Source of the DNA: Alkalilimnicola sp. S0819
GTDB lineage: Bacteria; Pseudomonadota; Gammaproteobacteria; Nitrococcales; WHIW01
DNA length: 24,000 nucleotides
Assembly (NCBI RefSeq): GCF_009295635.1
Contig: NZ_WHIW01000001.1
Location: forward strand, 75,335-99,334
Reading direction: 5' to 3'
In this document: positions 8,984 through 17,825 of the stretch, piece by piece
How the letters are laid out: each line of letters begins with the position of its first letter
Position numbering within the stretch: position 1 is the stretch's first letter
Translations under genes and position numbers: made by a program
The notes under the pieces: model-generated
What the model was told of the DNA's origin: nothing
The model's input: only the letters and a program-made list of their open reading frames with translations
Database searches by the model: none

Positions 8984-9019
8984 TGAGCCCTCTTCCCCGG
9001 TAGGAGCGATCACATAAAA

Positions 9020-9546
9020 GGTGCATCGCGGGCAAGGGGAAAACCAGCAATCCTTATTCGGCGATCCGGGCAGCATGGGAACGCGGGCCTGAACGCCGAT
9101 GGCGGCCGCCGTGTCCGGGTGGGCCTTGGGGGTTCCAAGTCTTGGCCCCGGCTCCTCGAGCCTGGGTGGCTGCTTCTCGATCCAGGGTGAAACAAAGAGA
9201 GACCACGTTATCGCTTCGCGACATCGCGACATTGCGAGCGCATATCTCCCCGCTTTCAGGGGGGGCTTGCGCCGACAGATGGAGTTCCGGGGTGGGTACG
9301 GTCTGGGGCGGACGTCGATGCAGCCGAGCATCGCAGCCGGAAAGGGAAAAGCGGGTTGCCTGTTTGAGCGAAGCGAGTTTGCAACCCGCCCCTTTCCGGC
9401 GAGAAGCGCAGGGAAGCCCGGCGTAGCCGGGCCAAATCGTGGGCCGCCCCAGACCGTACCCACCCCGGAACCGGCACCAGTGTCACAAGCCTCATCACAG
9501 GGCCGGCTCCCTATGCCACCGTTTTCCCGCTAACGCGCGATGCACC
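9020..9546. repeat. Gene-free island built of nested inverted repeats (candidate MITE-like element or large structured RNA)
   Basis: Outer imperfect arms are 9020-9044 and 9521-9546 (GGTGCATCGCG / CGCGATGCACC plus GGGAAAAC / GTTTTCCC). A perfect 28-bp pair, 9284-9311 with 9444-9471, encloses hairpins at 9317-9332, 9336-9400 and 9416-9432. No ORF here has the GC3 bias of neighbouring genes. Confidence 0.5.
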
Positions 9547-9548
9547 AC

Positions 9549-9580
9549 AAAAAAACCCGGCGCCAGGGCCGGGTTTTTCT
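9549..9580. terminator. Bidirectional rho-independent terminator (downstream of TRAP dctM on the minus strand; also closes the island on the plus strand)
   Basis: AAAAAAA-CCCGGC-GCCAGG-GCCGGG-TTTTT. The A-run and T-run flank a GC stem, 22 nt from the dctM stop. Confidence 0.7.
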
Positions 9581-9601
9581 TCGTGGGTTCGGAGCTTCGC
9601 C

Positions 9602-10972
9602 TCAGTTATAGGCCACGCTGGGCAGCCAGGTCACCAGGGCCGGGAACAGCGCCACCAGCAGCAGCCCGGTCAGCTGGATGAGGATGAACGGCGTCACACC
9701 CTTGTAGATGTCCGTCACCTTGACCTCGGGCGGGCACACCCCCTTCACGTAAAACAGCGCGAAGCCTACCGGCGGGGTAAGGAAAGAAGTCTGCAGGCAG
9801 ATGGCGAACATGATCGTGAACCAGGCCAGGTTGAAGCCCAGGCTCTCGATCACCGGCGCGACCAGCGGCAGCACGATCAGGGTGATCTCCACCCAGTCCA
9901 GGAAAAATCCCAGCAGGAACACCGCGAACAGGATCACGGCCAGCACGCCGTAGGGGCCGAAGGGCAGGCCCAGCAGGGCGTCCTCGATCACCGTGTCGCC
10001 GCCTACGCCGCGCAACACCACCGCGAACATGGTCGCGCCCAGGAAGATGGCGAAGATGAACACGCTGGTGCGCGTGGTCTGCTCCACGCTCTCCTTGAGC
10101 ACCTTCAGGTTCAGTCGCCGGTTGATCAGCGCCAGCAGGGTGGCGCCGGCCGCGCCCACGCCGGAGGCTTCCGTGGGGGTGGCGATGCCGAAGAAGATCG
10201 AGCCCAGCACGGCGAGGATCAGGCCGGCGGTGGGCAGGATGGCGAGGCACAGATCCAGAATGGTGCGCCAGGTGATCTTCTCGTCCTTCGCGCCCGGGGG
10301 CACCGGCGCCATGTGCGGCTTGAACCAGGCGAGCAGCAGCACGTAGGCGATGTACATCACGCCCAGCATCAGCGCCGGCAGCATCGCGCCCATGAACAGG
10401 TCGCCCACGGAGGTGCCGGGGCGGGCCAGGCGGTCGGCCATCAGCACCAGCATGATGCTGGGCGGCATCAGGATGCCCAGGCAGCCCACCGAGCAGGAGG
10501 TGCCCACGGCCAGCGCCTTGTTGTACTTGGCGTCCATCATCACCGGGATGGACATCATGCCCAGCAGCACCACGGAGGCGCCGACGATGCCGGTGGTGGC
10601 CGAGAGCAGCATGCCCATGACGATCACGGTGACCGCGTAGCCGCCGCGCACGCCGCGGAAGAGCTTCACCATGTTGCGCATCAGCAGTTCGGCGACGCCG
10701 GACTTGTCCAGCATGATGCCCATGAAGATGAACATGGGTAGCGCCACCAGGGTGTCGCTGCTTACCGTGGGCCAGAAACGCTCGGGGGCGAGCGCCATGG
10801 AGCTGTTCCAGGTGTACCAGATGTCGGCGTTGAAGGTTTCTACCGCCAGGTGGCCGATAACGCCCCAGATGACCGCGGTGCCGGCCAGCACCCAGGCGAC
10901 GGGGAAGCCACTCATCAGCAGTACGCCAAAGGTGGCGAACATGCCGATCACGAAAATCGTTTCAAGTTCCAC
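9602..10972 (-). CDS. TRAP transporter large permease subunit (DctM family, COG4664 type)
   Basis: 456 aa polytopic membrane protein, last gene of a P-Q-M operon. Confidence 0.92.
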   Translation of the reverse strand: MELETIFVIGMFATFGVLLMSGFPVAWVLAGTAVIWGVIGHLAVETFNADIWYTWNSSMALAPERFWPTVSSDTLVALPMFIFMGIMLDKSGVAELLMRNMVKLFRGVRGGYAVTVIVMGMLLSATTGIVGASVVLLGMMSIPVMMDAKYNKALAVGTSCSVGCLGILMPPSIMLVLMADRLARPGTSVGDLFMGAMLPALMLGVMYIAYVLLLAWFKPHMAPVPPGAKDEKITWRTILDLCLAILPTAGLILAVLGSIFFGIATPTEASGVGAAGATLLALINRRLNLKVLKESVEQTTRTSVFIFAIFLGATMFAVVLRGVGGDTVIEDALLGLPFGPYGVLAVILFAVFLLGFFLDWVEITLIVLPLVAPVIESLGFNLAWFTIMFAICLQTSFLTPPVGFALFYVKGVCPPEVKVTDIYKGVTPFILIQLTGLLLVALFPALVTWLPSVAYN

Positions 10973-11026
10973 GGGTTAAAACTCCGGATGACGCGAGTCC
11001 GTTCAGGGTTGTTGCTGCCGCCCCGA

Positions 11027-11638
11027 CTAGGGCAGCTTGTCGGCGCCGCGGGGCTTGGGAAAGCCGAACAGCAGGGCGGTGACCTTGAGCAGCCGCGAGA
11101 GGGCGCCCACCGCGATCAGCACCATGGAAGCGGTCATGACGAACTTCAGGAACCAGCGGTAGGGCAGGCCCGAAGGCGCCTGGGAGCGCTCGGAGAGCAC
11201 GAAGGAGCCCCAGGACCAGGTTGAGGCGTAGTACACCACCACGCCCAGAAACGGCAGCAACAGGAAGACGATGCCGAACAGCTCGATCCAGCCTTGGGTG
11301 CGGGGGGAGAGCCGTTCGTGGAACACGTCGACTCGCACGTGCTGGTCGTAGACCAGGGTGTAGGCCATGCCCAGCAGCCAGACGAAGCTGCTGATGTGCC
11401 AGCCCAGTTCTTCCATCGCGATCGAGCCCGCGCCGAAGGCGTAGCGGGAGATCACGCTGGTGAGAATGACCGCCACCACCGCCAGCCACAGCCACGAGGC
11501 CCAGCTGCCGATGATGATCAGAATCTTGTCCAGCACTCGCGAGAGGCTGGTGGAGGGGAAGCCCGCGGCGGGAGGGCCATCCATGTCCTGCAACCCTGCC
11601 GGGTGCTCATGACCTGCGTGGATATTATGCTCGGACAT
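11027..11638 (-). CDS. TRAP transporter small permease subunit (DctQ family, COG4665 type)
   Basis: 203 aa. Four predicted TM segments and the HVRVDVF motif. Located between the binding protein and the large permease. Confidence 0.8.
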   Translation of the reverse strand: MSEHNIHAGHEHPAGLQDMDGPPAAGFPSTSLSRVLDKILIIIGSWASWLWLAVVAVILTSVISRYAFGAGSIAMEELGWHISSFVWLLGMAYTLVYDQHVRVDVFHERLSPRTQGWIELFGIVFLLLPFLGVVVYYASTWSWGSFVLSERSQAPSGLPYRWFLKFVMTASMVLIAVGALSRLLKVTALLFGFPKPRGADKLP

Positions 11639-11697
11639 TGGATGGGTCTCCTCCCGCCTCGGTATTTCAGCTCAACTGTTCAGGGTTCCGATCGGAA

Positions 11698-12777
11698 TCA
11701 GTCCTGGTACAGCTCGTTGGGCAGGTAGCCCAGCTGGAAGTAACGCTCGTACTTCTTGGCGTAGTCCTGCTGGCTCTCGTACACGCGCTTGAAATCGGCG
11801 TCCTTGGAAGCCTCTTCCGCCAGCACCTCGTTGCTGAGGTCCTGCAGCTCCTTCAGCACGCTCAGCGGCAGCTGCTCGGCGTTGACGCCCTTGTCCTTGA
11901 AGCCGGCGACCACGTCCGGGTTCAACCACTCGCCTTCGTTCAGGCCCTGCAGGGTAGCGGCCTGGCAGGTGGTCTGAATCATCGCCTTCTGGGCATCGCT
12001 GGCACTGTTCCACTTATCCTTGTTGACCAGGATGTACTGGGCGGTGAAGGTCTGATGCCAACCCGGGTACAGGTTGTTCTTCACGACCTTGTCGAAGCCC
12101 AGCAGCTGGTCGATGACCGGCAGGGAGAATTCGGTGGCGTCGATGGTGCGCTTCTCCAGCGCCTGGAACAGCTCGCCGCCCGGCATCATGGTGACGGAGG
12201 CGCCCAGCTTCTCCAGCACCTTGCCGCCCAGGCCGGCGAAGCGGATCTTCAGGCCCTTGTAGTCGTCCAGGGACTTGATGGGCTCACGGTACCAGCCGGC
12301 GGTTTCCGGGCCGATGATGCCGCAGAGGTTGGCATACACGTTGTAGCCCTTGTTGGCGTACACGTCCTGCAGCATTTCATGGCCGCCGCCCTCGTAGTAC
12401 CAGGCGGTGAAGGCCCAGGGCTTCAGGCCGAAGGGCACGGCGGCGAACAGCGGCACGGCCGGCACCTTGCCCTGGTCGTAGCCGATCCAGCTGTAACCGG
12501 CTTCTACCTTGCCTTCGCTGACGGCTTCCAGGATCTCGAAGGGCGGCACGATCTTGCCGGGCTCGGAGACGCGGATCTGGATCTCGCCGCCGCTCATCTC
12601 CTTGAGACGGTCCGCGGTCCAGGCGGCCGGGCTGCCCAGAGCGGGCAGGTTGGACGAGAAGGTCATCGGCATGCGCCAGCGCAGGCGGTCGGCGGAGGCC
12701 TCGGTGACAGCGCCCAGCAGCAGGGCGCTGCCTACGGCGGCGGCAACCAGCGGTTTGCTCATCATGCTTTTCTTCAT
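11698..12777 (-). CDS. TRAP transporter periplasmic substrate-binding protein (DctP superfamily, COG4663 / FcbT1-like)
   Basis: 359 aa. Signal peptide MKKSMMSKPLVAAAVGSALLLGAVTEASA. GGAGAGGA SD upstream. Confidence 0.9.
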   Translation of the reverse strand: MKKSMMSKPLVAAAVGSALLLGAVTEASADRLRWRMPMTFSSNLPALGSPAAWTADRLKEMSGGEIQIRVSEPGKIVPPFEILEAVSEGKVEAGYSWIGYDQGKVPAVPLFAAVPFGLKPWAFTAWYYEGGGHEMLQDVYANKGYNVYANLCGIIGPETAGWYREPIKSLDDYKGLKIRFAGLGGKVLEKLGASVTMMPGGELFQALEKRTIDATEFSLPVIDQLLGFDKVVKNNLYPGWHQTFTAQYILVNKDKWNSASDAQKAMIQTTCQAATLQGLNEGEWLNPDVVAGFKDKGVNAEQLPLSVLKELQDLSNEVLAEEASKDADFKRVYESQQDYAKKYERYFQLGYLPNELYQD

Positions 12778-13101
12778 TGGGGGGTTCCTCTCCTCACTCT
12801 CGCGGTAAAAACGTCAGGTTTGACGCATACGAAAACGATGCAGCCGTGGCATGGATGGATTTCGTCTTGTCTGGACACATGCACGGATCGGCTGCTTGTC
12901 ATTTTTCCATCGGCAAGACGCGGCTTGCCTGTCCAATCGCTATGTGCCCGGCGAGGGTTGGGCTGGGCGCTGCGGTTGTAGTTGTTATATACGTGTGCTG
13001 CAGGCCGAATTTCACGATACCCCGCTCGCGCCGCGTCATGCAAGGGGTTGCCGGGGGGTGATCGGCGATTCCCCCCGATCTTCCACCCGAGCCCGGCTTG
13101 C

Positions 13102-15129
13102 TCAGCGCTCATTTCCCGTCTTGCTCCCGCGCCCCGGCGCTCCCAGGTGCGCCTGGGCTTCCTCGCCACTCTCGAAGATATGGGGGGAAAGCCCGCGGGT
13201 GCGCAAGGATTCGCCAAGCTTCATGCGCAGGAAAGCGCTGGTGGTGTAGCGGGTGATATCGGCGTAGTAGCGCGCCACCAGGTGGCTCACCATATCGGCG
13301 TAGTCGGCCACCAGGTCGGGGCGGATGGTGAAATTGTCGTAGTTGACGATGGCCCGCACCTTGCGCCCCAGCGGCCGTACCACGGCTTCCACCGCCTGGC
13401 GGGTGCGCTCTATGTCGGCTCGCTCGCGGATGGCGTAGGCCTCGAAGTTGATGAACAGCAGGTTCTGCTCGGCGTCATAGATCAGCCGGCTCTCCAGCGG
13501 CACCTCCAGCAGCTGCTGGTCCAGGCCCATGGCCTCGGGGCGGAAGATGCGCGCGTCCATGGGTCTGGGCGGCTCGTCCATGATCGGCTCGAAGGCCATG
13601 TGGGCGAGCACGTCCCGGTGCAGATCCACCCCGGGGGCGATCTCGCGCAGGTGCAGGCCGCGCTCGTCCAGCTCGAACACCGCCCGCTCGGTGATGTAGA
13701 GCACCGGCTGGCCCAGGGCTGCGGCCCGCTGGCCGCTGAAGCTCACCTGCTCGACCTGGGCGAGGAACTTGCCGAGTTGCTCGCCCTCGCCGATGTGCAG
13801 CGCGCCGTCGCTCACCGTGAGCGGGCATTTGCCGGCGCAGAAGGTGCCGAGGAACACCAGCCGCTTGGCGTTCTGGCTGATGTTGATGAAGCCGCCGGCA
13901 CCGGCGAGACGCGGGCCGAAGCGGCTGACATTCACATTGCCCCGGGCATCCGCCTGGGCCATGCCGAGAAAGGCGATGTCCAGCCCGCCGCCGTCGTAGA
14001 AGTCGAACTGGCTGGGCTGGTCGATGAGCGCGGCGATGTTGCTGCCCGCCCCGAAGTTAAGCCCCCCGGCGGGCAGGCCGCCGATCAGGCCCGGTTCGGC
14101 GGTCAGCGTCACGTACTCCAGAATCCGCTCCTCGTTGGCCACATTGGCGACCCCTTCGGGCATACCGATGCCGAGGTTCACCACCGCGTTGGGGCGCAGC
14201 TCGAAGGCGGCGCGCCGGGCGATCACCTTGCGGGCAGTCAGCTCCATGGGGGCGAGCGAGGTCATGGGCACGCGGATCTCGCTGCTGAAGGCCGGGTTGT
14301 AGGCCTCGGCGAAGGTCTGCCAATGGTTCTCCGGGCGCCCGAGCACCACGCAGTCCACCAGGCTGCCGGGGATCTTCACCGCGCGCGGGTCCAGGGTGCC
14401 GCGCTCGGCCATGCGCTCCACCTGCACGATGACGATGCCGCCGGAGTTGCGGGCCGCGGTGGCCAGCGCCAGGTTCTCCAGCACCAGGGCCTCGCGCTCC
14501 ATGGTGATGTTGCCGTCCGGGTCGGCGGTGGTGCCGCGCAGGATCGCCACCTGGATGGGGAAGGCCTTGTAGAGCAGGTACGGCTCGCCGTCGATCTCCA
14601 GCCGCTCCACCAGATCGCGGGTGGTGCGGGCGTTGAGCTTGCCGCCGCCGTTCAACGGGTCCACGAAGGTGTCCAGGCCGACGCGTGTGAGGGTGCCCGG
14701 CTTGTGGGCGGCGATGTCGCGAAACAGATGGCTGATGCAGCCCTGGGGCAGGTTCCAGGCCTCGATCTTCTCGTCGTTGGCGAGTTTCTGCAGCCCCGGC
14801 ACCAGGCCCCAGTGGCCGCCGATCACCCGGCCCACCAGGCCCTCGTGGGCCAGATGGTTCAGGCCCCGGGTCTTGCCATCGCCCTGGCCGGCGGCATAGA
14901 CCAGGCCCAGATCGCGCGGCGCGCCCTCATCCAGGAAGCGCTGCTCCAGGGCGATGGCCACTTCTTCGGCGAAGCCGATGCCGACGAAGCCACCGGTGGC
15001 CACCGTGTCGCCATCGCGGATCAGGCGGACGGCCTCGGCGGCGCTGACCAGCTTGTTGGGTCGCACATTGGCCTGGGCCGGCTGCTGGAAAAGGGGGTGT
15101 TTCTGCTGAACGGGGTTTTTCGCGCTCAT
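13102..15129 (-). CDS. Fused alpha/beta family-I acyl-CoA:acetate/3-ketoacid CoA-transferase (YdiF/Pct-like) with a ~150-aa C-terminal extension
   Basis: Track ORF 13102..15195, trimmed to the ATG at 15129 ([14 protein letters not shown]...). N-terminal [14 protein letters not shown] and central CoA-transferase blocks are visible. 675 aa. Confidence 0.85.
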   Translation of the reverse strand: MSAKNPVQQKHPLFQQPAQANVRPNKLVSAAEAVRLIRDGDTVATGGFVGIGFAEEVAIALEQRFLDEGAPRDLGLVYAAGQGDGKTRGLNHLAHEGLVGRVIGGHWGLVPGLQKLANDEKIEAWNLPQGCISHLFRDIAAHKPGTLTRVGLDTFVDPLNGGGKLNARTTRDLVERLEIDGEPYLLYKAFPIQVAILRGTTADPDGNITMEREALVLENLALATAARNSGGIVIVQVERMAERGTLDPRAVKIPGSLVDCVVLGRPENHWQTFAEAYNPAFSSEIRVPMTSLAPMELTARKVIARRAAFELRPNAVVNLGIGMPEGVANVANEERILEYVTLTAEPGLIGGLPAGGLNFGAGSNIAALIDQPSQFDFYDGGGLDIAFLGMAQADARGNVNVSRFGPRLAGAGGFINISQNAKRLVFLGTFCAGKCPLTVSDGALHIGEGEQLGKFLAQVEQVSFSGQRAAALGQPVLYITERAVFELDERGLHLREIAPGVDLHRDVLAHMAFEPIMDEPPRPMDARIFRPEAMGLDQQLLEVPLESRLIYDAEQNLLFINFEAYAIRERADIERTRQAVEAVVRPLGRKVRAIVNYDNFTIRPDLVADYADMVSHLVARYYADITRYTTSAFLRMKLGESLRTRGLSPHIFESGEEAQAHLGAPGRGSKTGNER

Positions 15130-15177
15130 GGCTTTTATTGTTCTCCGGGGTTGAACTGTGCGCCGTGCCTGGTGGAT

Positions 15178-15196
15178 GATGCGTGAAGCACGCATC
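15178..15196. promoter_or_regulatory. 8-3-8 palindrome (GATGCGTG-AAG-CACGCATC), candidate operator in the divergent CoA-transferase / binding-protein promoter region
   Basis: Perfect inverted repeat read directly, centred in the 166-nt divergent gap. A 14-bp AGGCGCGCGCGCCT palindrome follows at 15205-15218. Confidence 0.3.
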
Positions 15197-15295
15197 CAAA
15201 GGCCAGGCGCGCGCGCCTACCGCATAACTATAACCATACAGGCTGCGTGTTCAGGGGCGAAAAAGAAAAACAAGCGTTTCCCGCTGGAGGCTTCC

Positions 15296-16501
15296 ATGCG
15301 ACGTGTCTGCTCTACCGTACTGGCCGCGGCTACCCTGCTGTGCGCCACTTCCGCTGCTGCGCAACTGTCCGATAACGAGGTCCGGGTGGGCCTGCTCACG
15401 GATCTTCACGGCATTTATTCCGACATCGCCGGCCAGGGCGCGGTCATCGCCGCCGAAATGGCCATCGAGGATTTCCGCGAGCAATACCCGAAGCTGGGCG
15501 CGAAGGTGCGCCTGATTGTTCGCGACCACCAAAGCGACGGCAAGGTGGCCGCCCGTCTGGGCCGGAAGCTGGTGGAGGAAGGCGTGGACGTGTTCGCCGA
15601 AATGGTGAGTTCCTCCACCGCCTTGCCGCTGCAGAAGATCGCCCACGAGCACAATGTGGTGGCGCTGCACAGCGGGGCGGCCTCCTCGGATCTGACCGGC
15701 AAGCACTGCTCGCCACTGGGTGTGCACTGGGCCTACGACACCTATGCGTTGGCCGGGGGCACCGGCCAGGCCATGGTGCGCGAGGGCAAGGACCGCTGGT
15801 TCTTCCTCACCGCCGACTATGCCTTCGGCCACAGCCTGGAGCGGGATACCGGGGCGGTGGTGGAGAGTGCCGGTGGCGCGGTGCTTGGCGCCGTCCGCCA
15901 CCCCTTCAAGGGCGATGACTTCGGCCCCTACCTGCGCCAGGCCCGCGCATCCGGTGCTCAGGTGGTGGCGCTGGCCAATGCCGGCGGTGACACCATGAAC
16001 GCCGTGCGCCAGGCCTACGAGCTGGGGCTCGCCCACACCGGCCAGGATCTGGCCGCGCTGCTGATGTTCATCACCGATGTGCGCCGGCTTGGGCTGTATG
16101 TGGCCGGCGGGTTGAAGCTCACCACCGGCTTTTACTGGAATTATGACGAACAGACCCGCGCCTGGTCCGAGCGCTTCTACGCCCGCGCCGGCGCCATGCC
16201 TACCATGGTGCAAGCCAGCGTGTACTCATCGCTGATGCATTACCTGAAGGCTGTGCAGGCCCTGGGAAGTGATGACGGTCGCGCGGTGGTGGCGAAGATG
16301 AAGGAGCTGCCGGTGAGCGACTTCTTCTCCCGCAACGCCTATCTGCGCGCCGACGGCCGCATGATCCACGATATGTACCTGGTGGAGGTGAAGAAGCCGT
16401 CGGAATCCCAGCGGGCCTGGGATTATCTGAAGGTGATCGCCGTGACCCCGGGTGAGGATGCCTTCCGGCCGATGGAAGAGGGTGGGTGCCCGCATATTTG
16501 A
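15296..16501 (+). CDS. Periplasmic binding protein, type-I PBP (Leu/Ile/Val-binding LivK-like family), orphan
   Basis: Track ORF 15158..16501, trimmed to the ATG at 15296 (GGAGG 7 nt upstream). Signal peptide MRRVCSTVLAAATLLCATSAAAQ. No ABC permease or ATPase gene adjacent. Confidence 0.85.
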   Translation: MRRVCSTVLAAATLLCATSAAAQLSDNEVRVGLLTDLHGIYSDIAGQGAVIAAEMAIEDFREQYPKLGAKVRLIVRDHQSDGKVAARLGRKLVEEGVDVFAEMVSSSTALPLQKIAHEHNVVALHSGAASSDLTGKHCSPLGVHWAYDTYALAGGTGQAMVREGKDRWFFLTADYAFGHSLERDTGAVVESAGGAVLGAVRHPFKGDDFGPYLRQARASGAQVVALANAGGDTMNAVRQAYELGLAHTGQDLAALLMFITDVRRLGLYVAGGLKLTTGFYWNYDEQTRAWSERFYARAGAMPTMVQASVYSSLMHYLKAVQALGSDDGRAVVAKMKELPVSDFFSRNAYLRADGRMIHDMYLVEVKKPSESQRAWDYLKVIAVTPGEDAFRPMEEGGCPHI

Positions 16502-16523
16502 AGAGGGCGTTCAGGGTAAGGAA

Positions 16524-16544
16524 ATCGCGGCTCTTGGCCGCGAT
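16524..16544. repeat. Hairpin ATCGCGGC-TCTTG-GCCGCGAT between convergent genes; member of the GCGGCTCTTGGCCGC repeat family (possible terminator)
   Basis: 8-bp stem and 5-nt loop. 18 of its nucleotides are identical to 19320-19337. Confidence 0.45.
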
Positions 16545-16560
16545 CTCTTGCTCTCCGAAA

Positions 16561-17403
16561 TCACCCGGCCTGGGGCCGCATCGCCGCCTCACAAGGCAGG
16601 CTGTGCCGTTCCCGTTGTGGCCCATCCAGTCGCACCGCGGTCAACTGCCCGCCCCACAGGCACCCGGTATCCAGCGCCAGAATCCCCGGTCTATCCACGT
16701 ACCCCAGGGTGGACCAGTGGCCGAACACGATCGTCCCATCCTCGCGCCTGTGCGCCCGCCCGGGCGCTTCGAACCAGGGCATCAGGCCTTCCGGCTGGCT
16801 CCCGGGCGCGCCCTTGTGTCGCAATGCCAGCCGCCCATGGGCATCGCAGTAACGCATGCGGGTGAAGGCATTGACGATCAAGCGCTGCCGCTCGTGGCCG
16901 GTCAGGTCCTCCGACCATTGGTCCGGCTCGTTGCCGTAGAGCTTGGCCATCAGCGTGGGGAAAGCCTCGCCCCGCAGAACCTGCTCGACTTCCGTCGCGC
17001 AGGCGCTGGCGGTGGCCAGGTCCCAGGCCGGCAGCAGCCCGGCGTGGGTGAGCACCGCCCCGAGTTCGGCGTCGTGGTGCAGCAGCGGCCTCCCGCGCAG
17101 CCAGTGCATCAACTCATCGCAATCGGGGGCGTCCAGCACCTGGCTGAGGCTGTCCCCGCGCTTCAGACGCGCATGGCCGGACCAGACGGCGAGCAGGTGC
17201 AGGTCGTGGTTGCCCAGCACCACCGTGGCCCGTTCGCCCAGATCGCGCACGAAGCGCAGGGTGGCGAGGGAGTCCGGGCCGCGGTTGACCAGATCGCCGG
17301 TGAACCAGAGCTCATCGCGTTGGGGCGAGTACCGGAGTTGCTCCAGCAGCGCCCGCAGCGAGCGGTAGCAGCCCTGTATGTCGCCTATGGCATATATGGC
17401 CAC
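16561..17403 (-). CDS. apaH: Bis(5'-nucleosyl)-tetraphosphatase, symmetrical (ApaH)
   Basis: 280 aa, GTG start. Metallophosphatase motifs GDIQGC, GDLVNRGPDS, GNHD. Confidence 0.92.
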   Translation of the reverse strand: MAIYAIGDIQGCYRSLRALLEQLRYSPQRDELWFTGDLVNRGPDSLATLRFVRDLGERATVVLGNHDLHLLAVWSGHARLKRGDSLSQVLDAPDCDELMHWLRGRPLLHHDAELGAVLTHAGLLPAWDLATASACATEVEQVLRGEAFPTLMAKLYGNEPDQWSEDLTGHERQRLIVNAFTRMRYCDAHGRLALRHKGAPGSQPEGLMPWFEAPGRAHRREDGTIVFGHWSTLGYVDRPGILALDTGCLWGGQLTAVRLDGPQRERHSLPCEAAMRPQAG

Positions 17404-17423
17404 GACAGCCTCGTTCGCCCGAT

Positions 17424-17807
17424 TCAGTGCAAGGTTCTGGGTACGGCCAGGGTGAAGGCGGGGATGGGGGCCTGGAAATCCCGGCCATCCTCCGCCTGCA
17501 GGGTATAGCTGCCGCGCATGCTGCCCAGGGGGCTGTCCAGCACGGCGCCGCTGGTGTAGCGGTACACCGCGCCCGGCGACAGCCAGGGCTGCTCGCCCAC
17601 CACGCCCTCGCCACGCACTTCCTGCTCGCGGCCGTCACCGTCGGCGATGATCCAGTGCCGGCTGACCAGTCGCGCCCCCAGGCTGCCCGTGTTGGTGATG
17701 GTCACGGTGTAGGCGAACACATAGCGGTCGTCCTCTGGACGGGACTGCTCCTCCAGATAGCTGGGTTCCACCTGTACCCGGATACTGTATTTGGTGTCCT
17801 CGCTCAT
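17424..17807 (-). CDS. apaG: ApaG (DUF525) protein
   Basis: 127 aa. Typical ApaG N-terminus (IRVQVEPSYLEEQSRPEDDRYVFAYTVTI). Immediately upstream of apaH. Confidence 0.9.
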   Translation of the reverse strand: MSEDTKYSIRVQVEPSYLEEQSRPEDDRYVFAYTVTITNTGSLGARLVSRHWIIADGDGREQEVRGEGVVGEQPWLSPGAVYRYTSGAVLDSPLGSMRGSYTLQAEDGRDFQAPIPAFTLAVPRTLH

Positions 17808-17825
17808 GGAGTCAAGCGTCGCCGC

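Noticed and set aside
9031-9120. Weak resemblance of AAGGGGAAAACCAGCAATCC to the GGGAA...GGTG.AAATCC part of cobalamin riboswitches
   Set aside because: No B12-box (GCCACTG-like) follows, and no gene lies downstream on that strand to regulate.
9284-9471. Retron msr/msd, integron attC, tRNA-like element or RNase P RNA as explanations for the 28-bp-stem four-way structure
   Set aside because: No reverse transcriptase or integrase gene is nearby. The ends (GTTCCGG / CCGGAAC) do not fit the RYYYAAC / GTTRRRY attC cores. There is no T-loop GGTTCGA-type motif, and no RNase P core such as GGAAAGTCCGGGC.
9099-9533. 144-aa plus-strand ORF inside the palindromic island
   Set aside because: Its GC3 is clearly lower than in genuine genes. 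The product is low-complexity, and the reading frame is created by the inverted repeats themselves. There is no SD.
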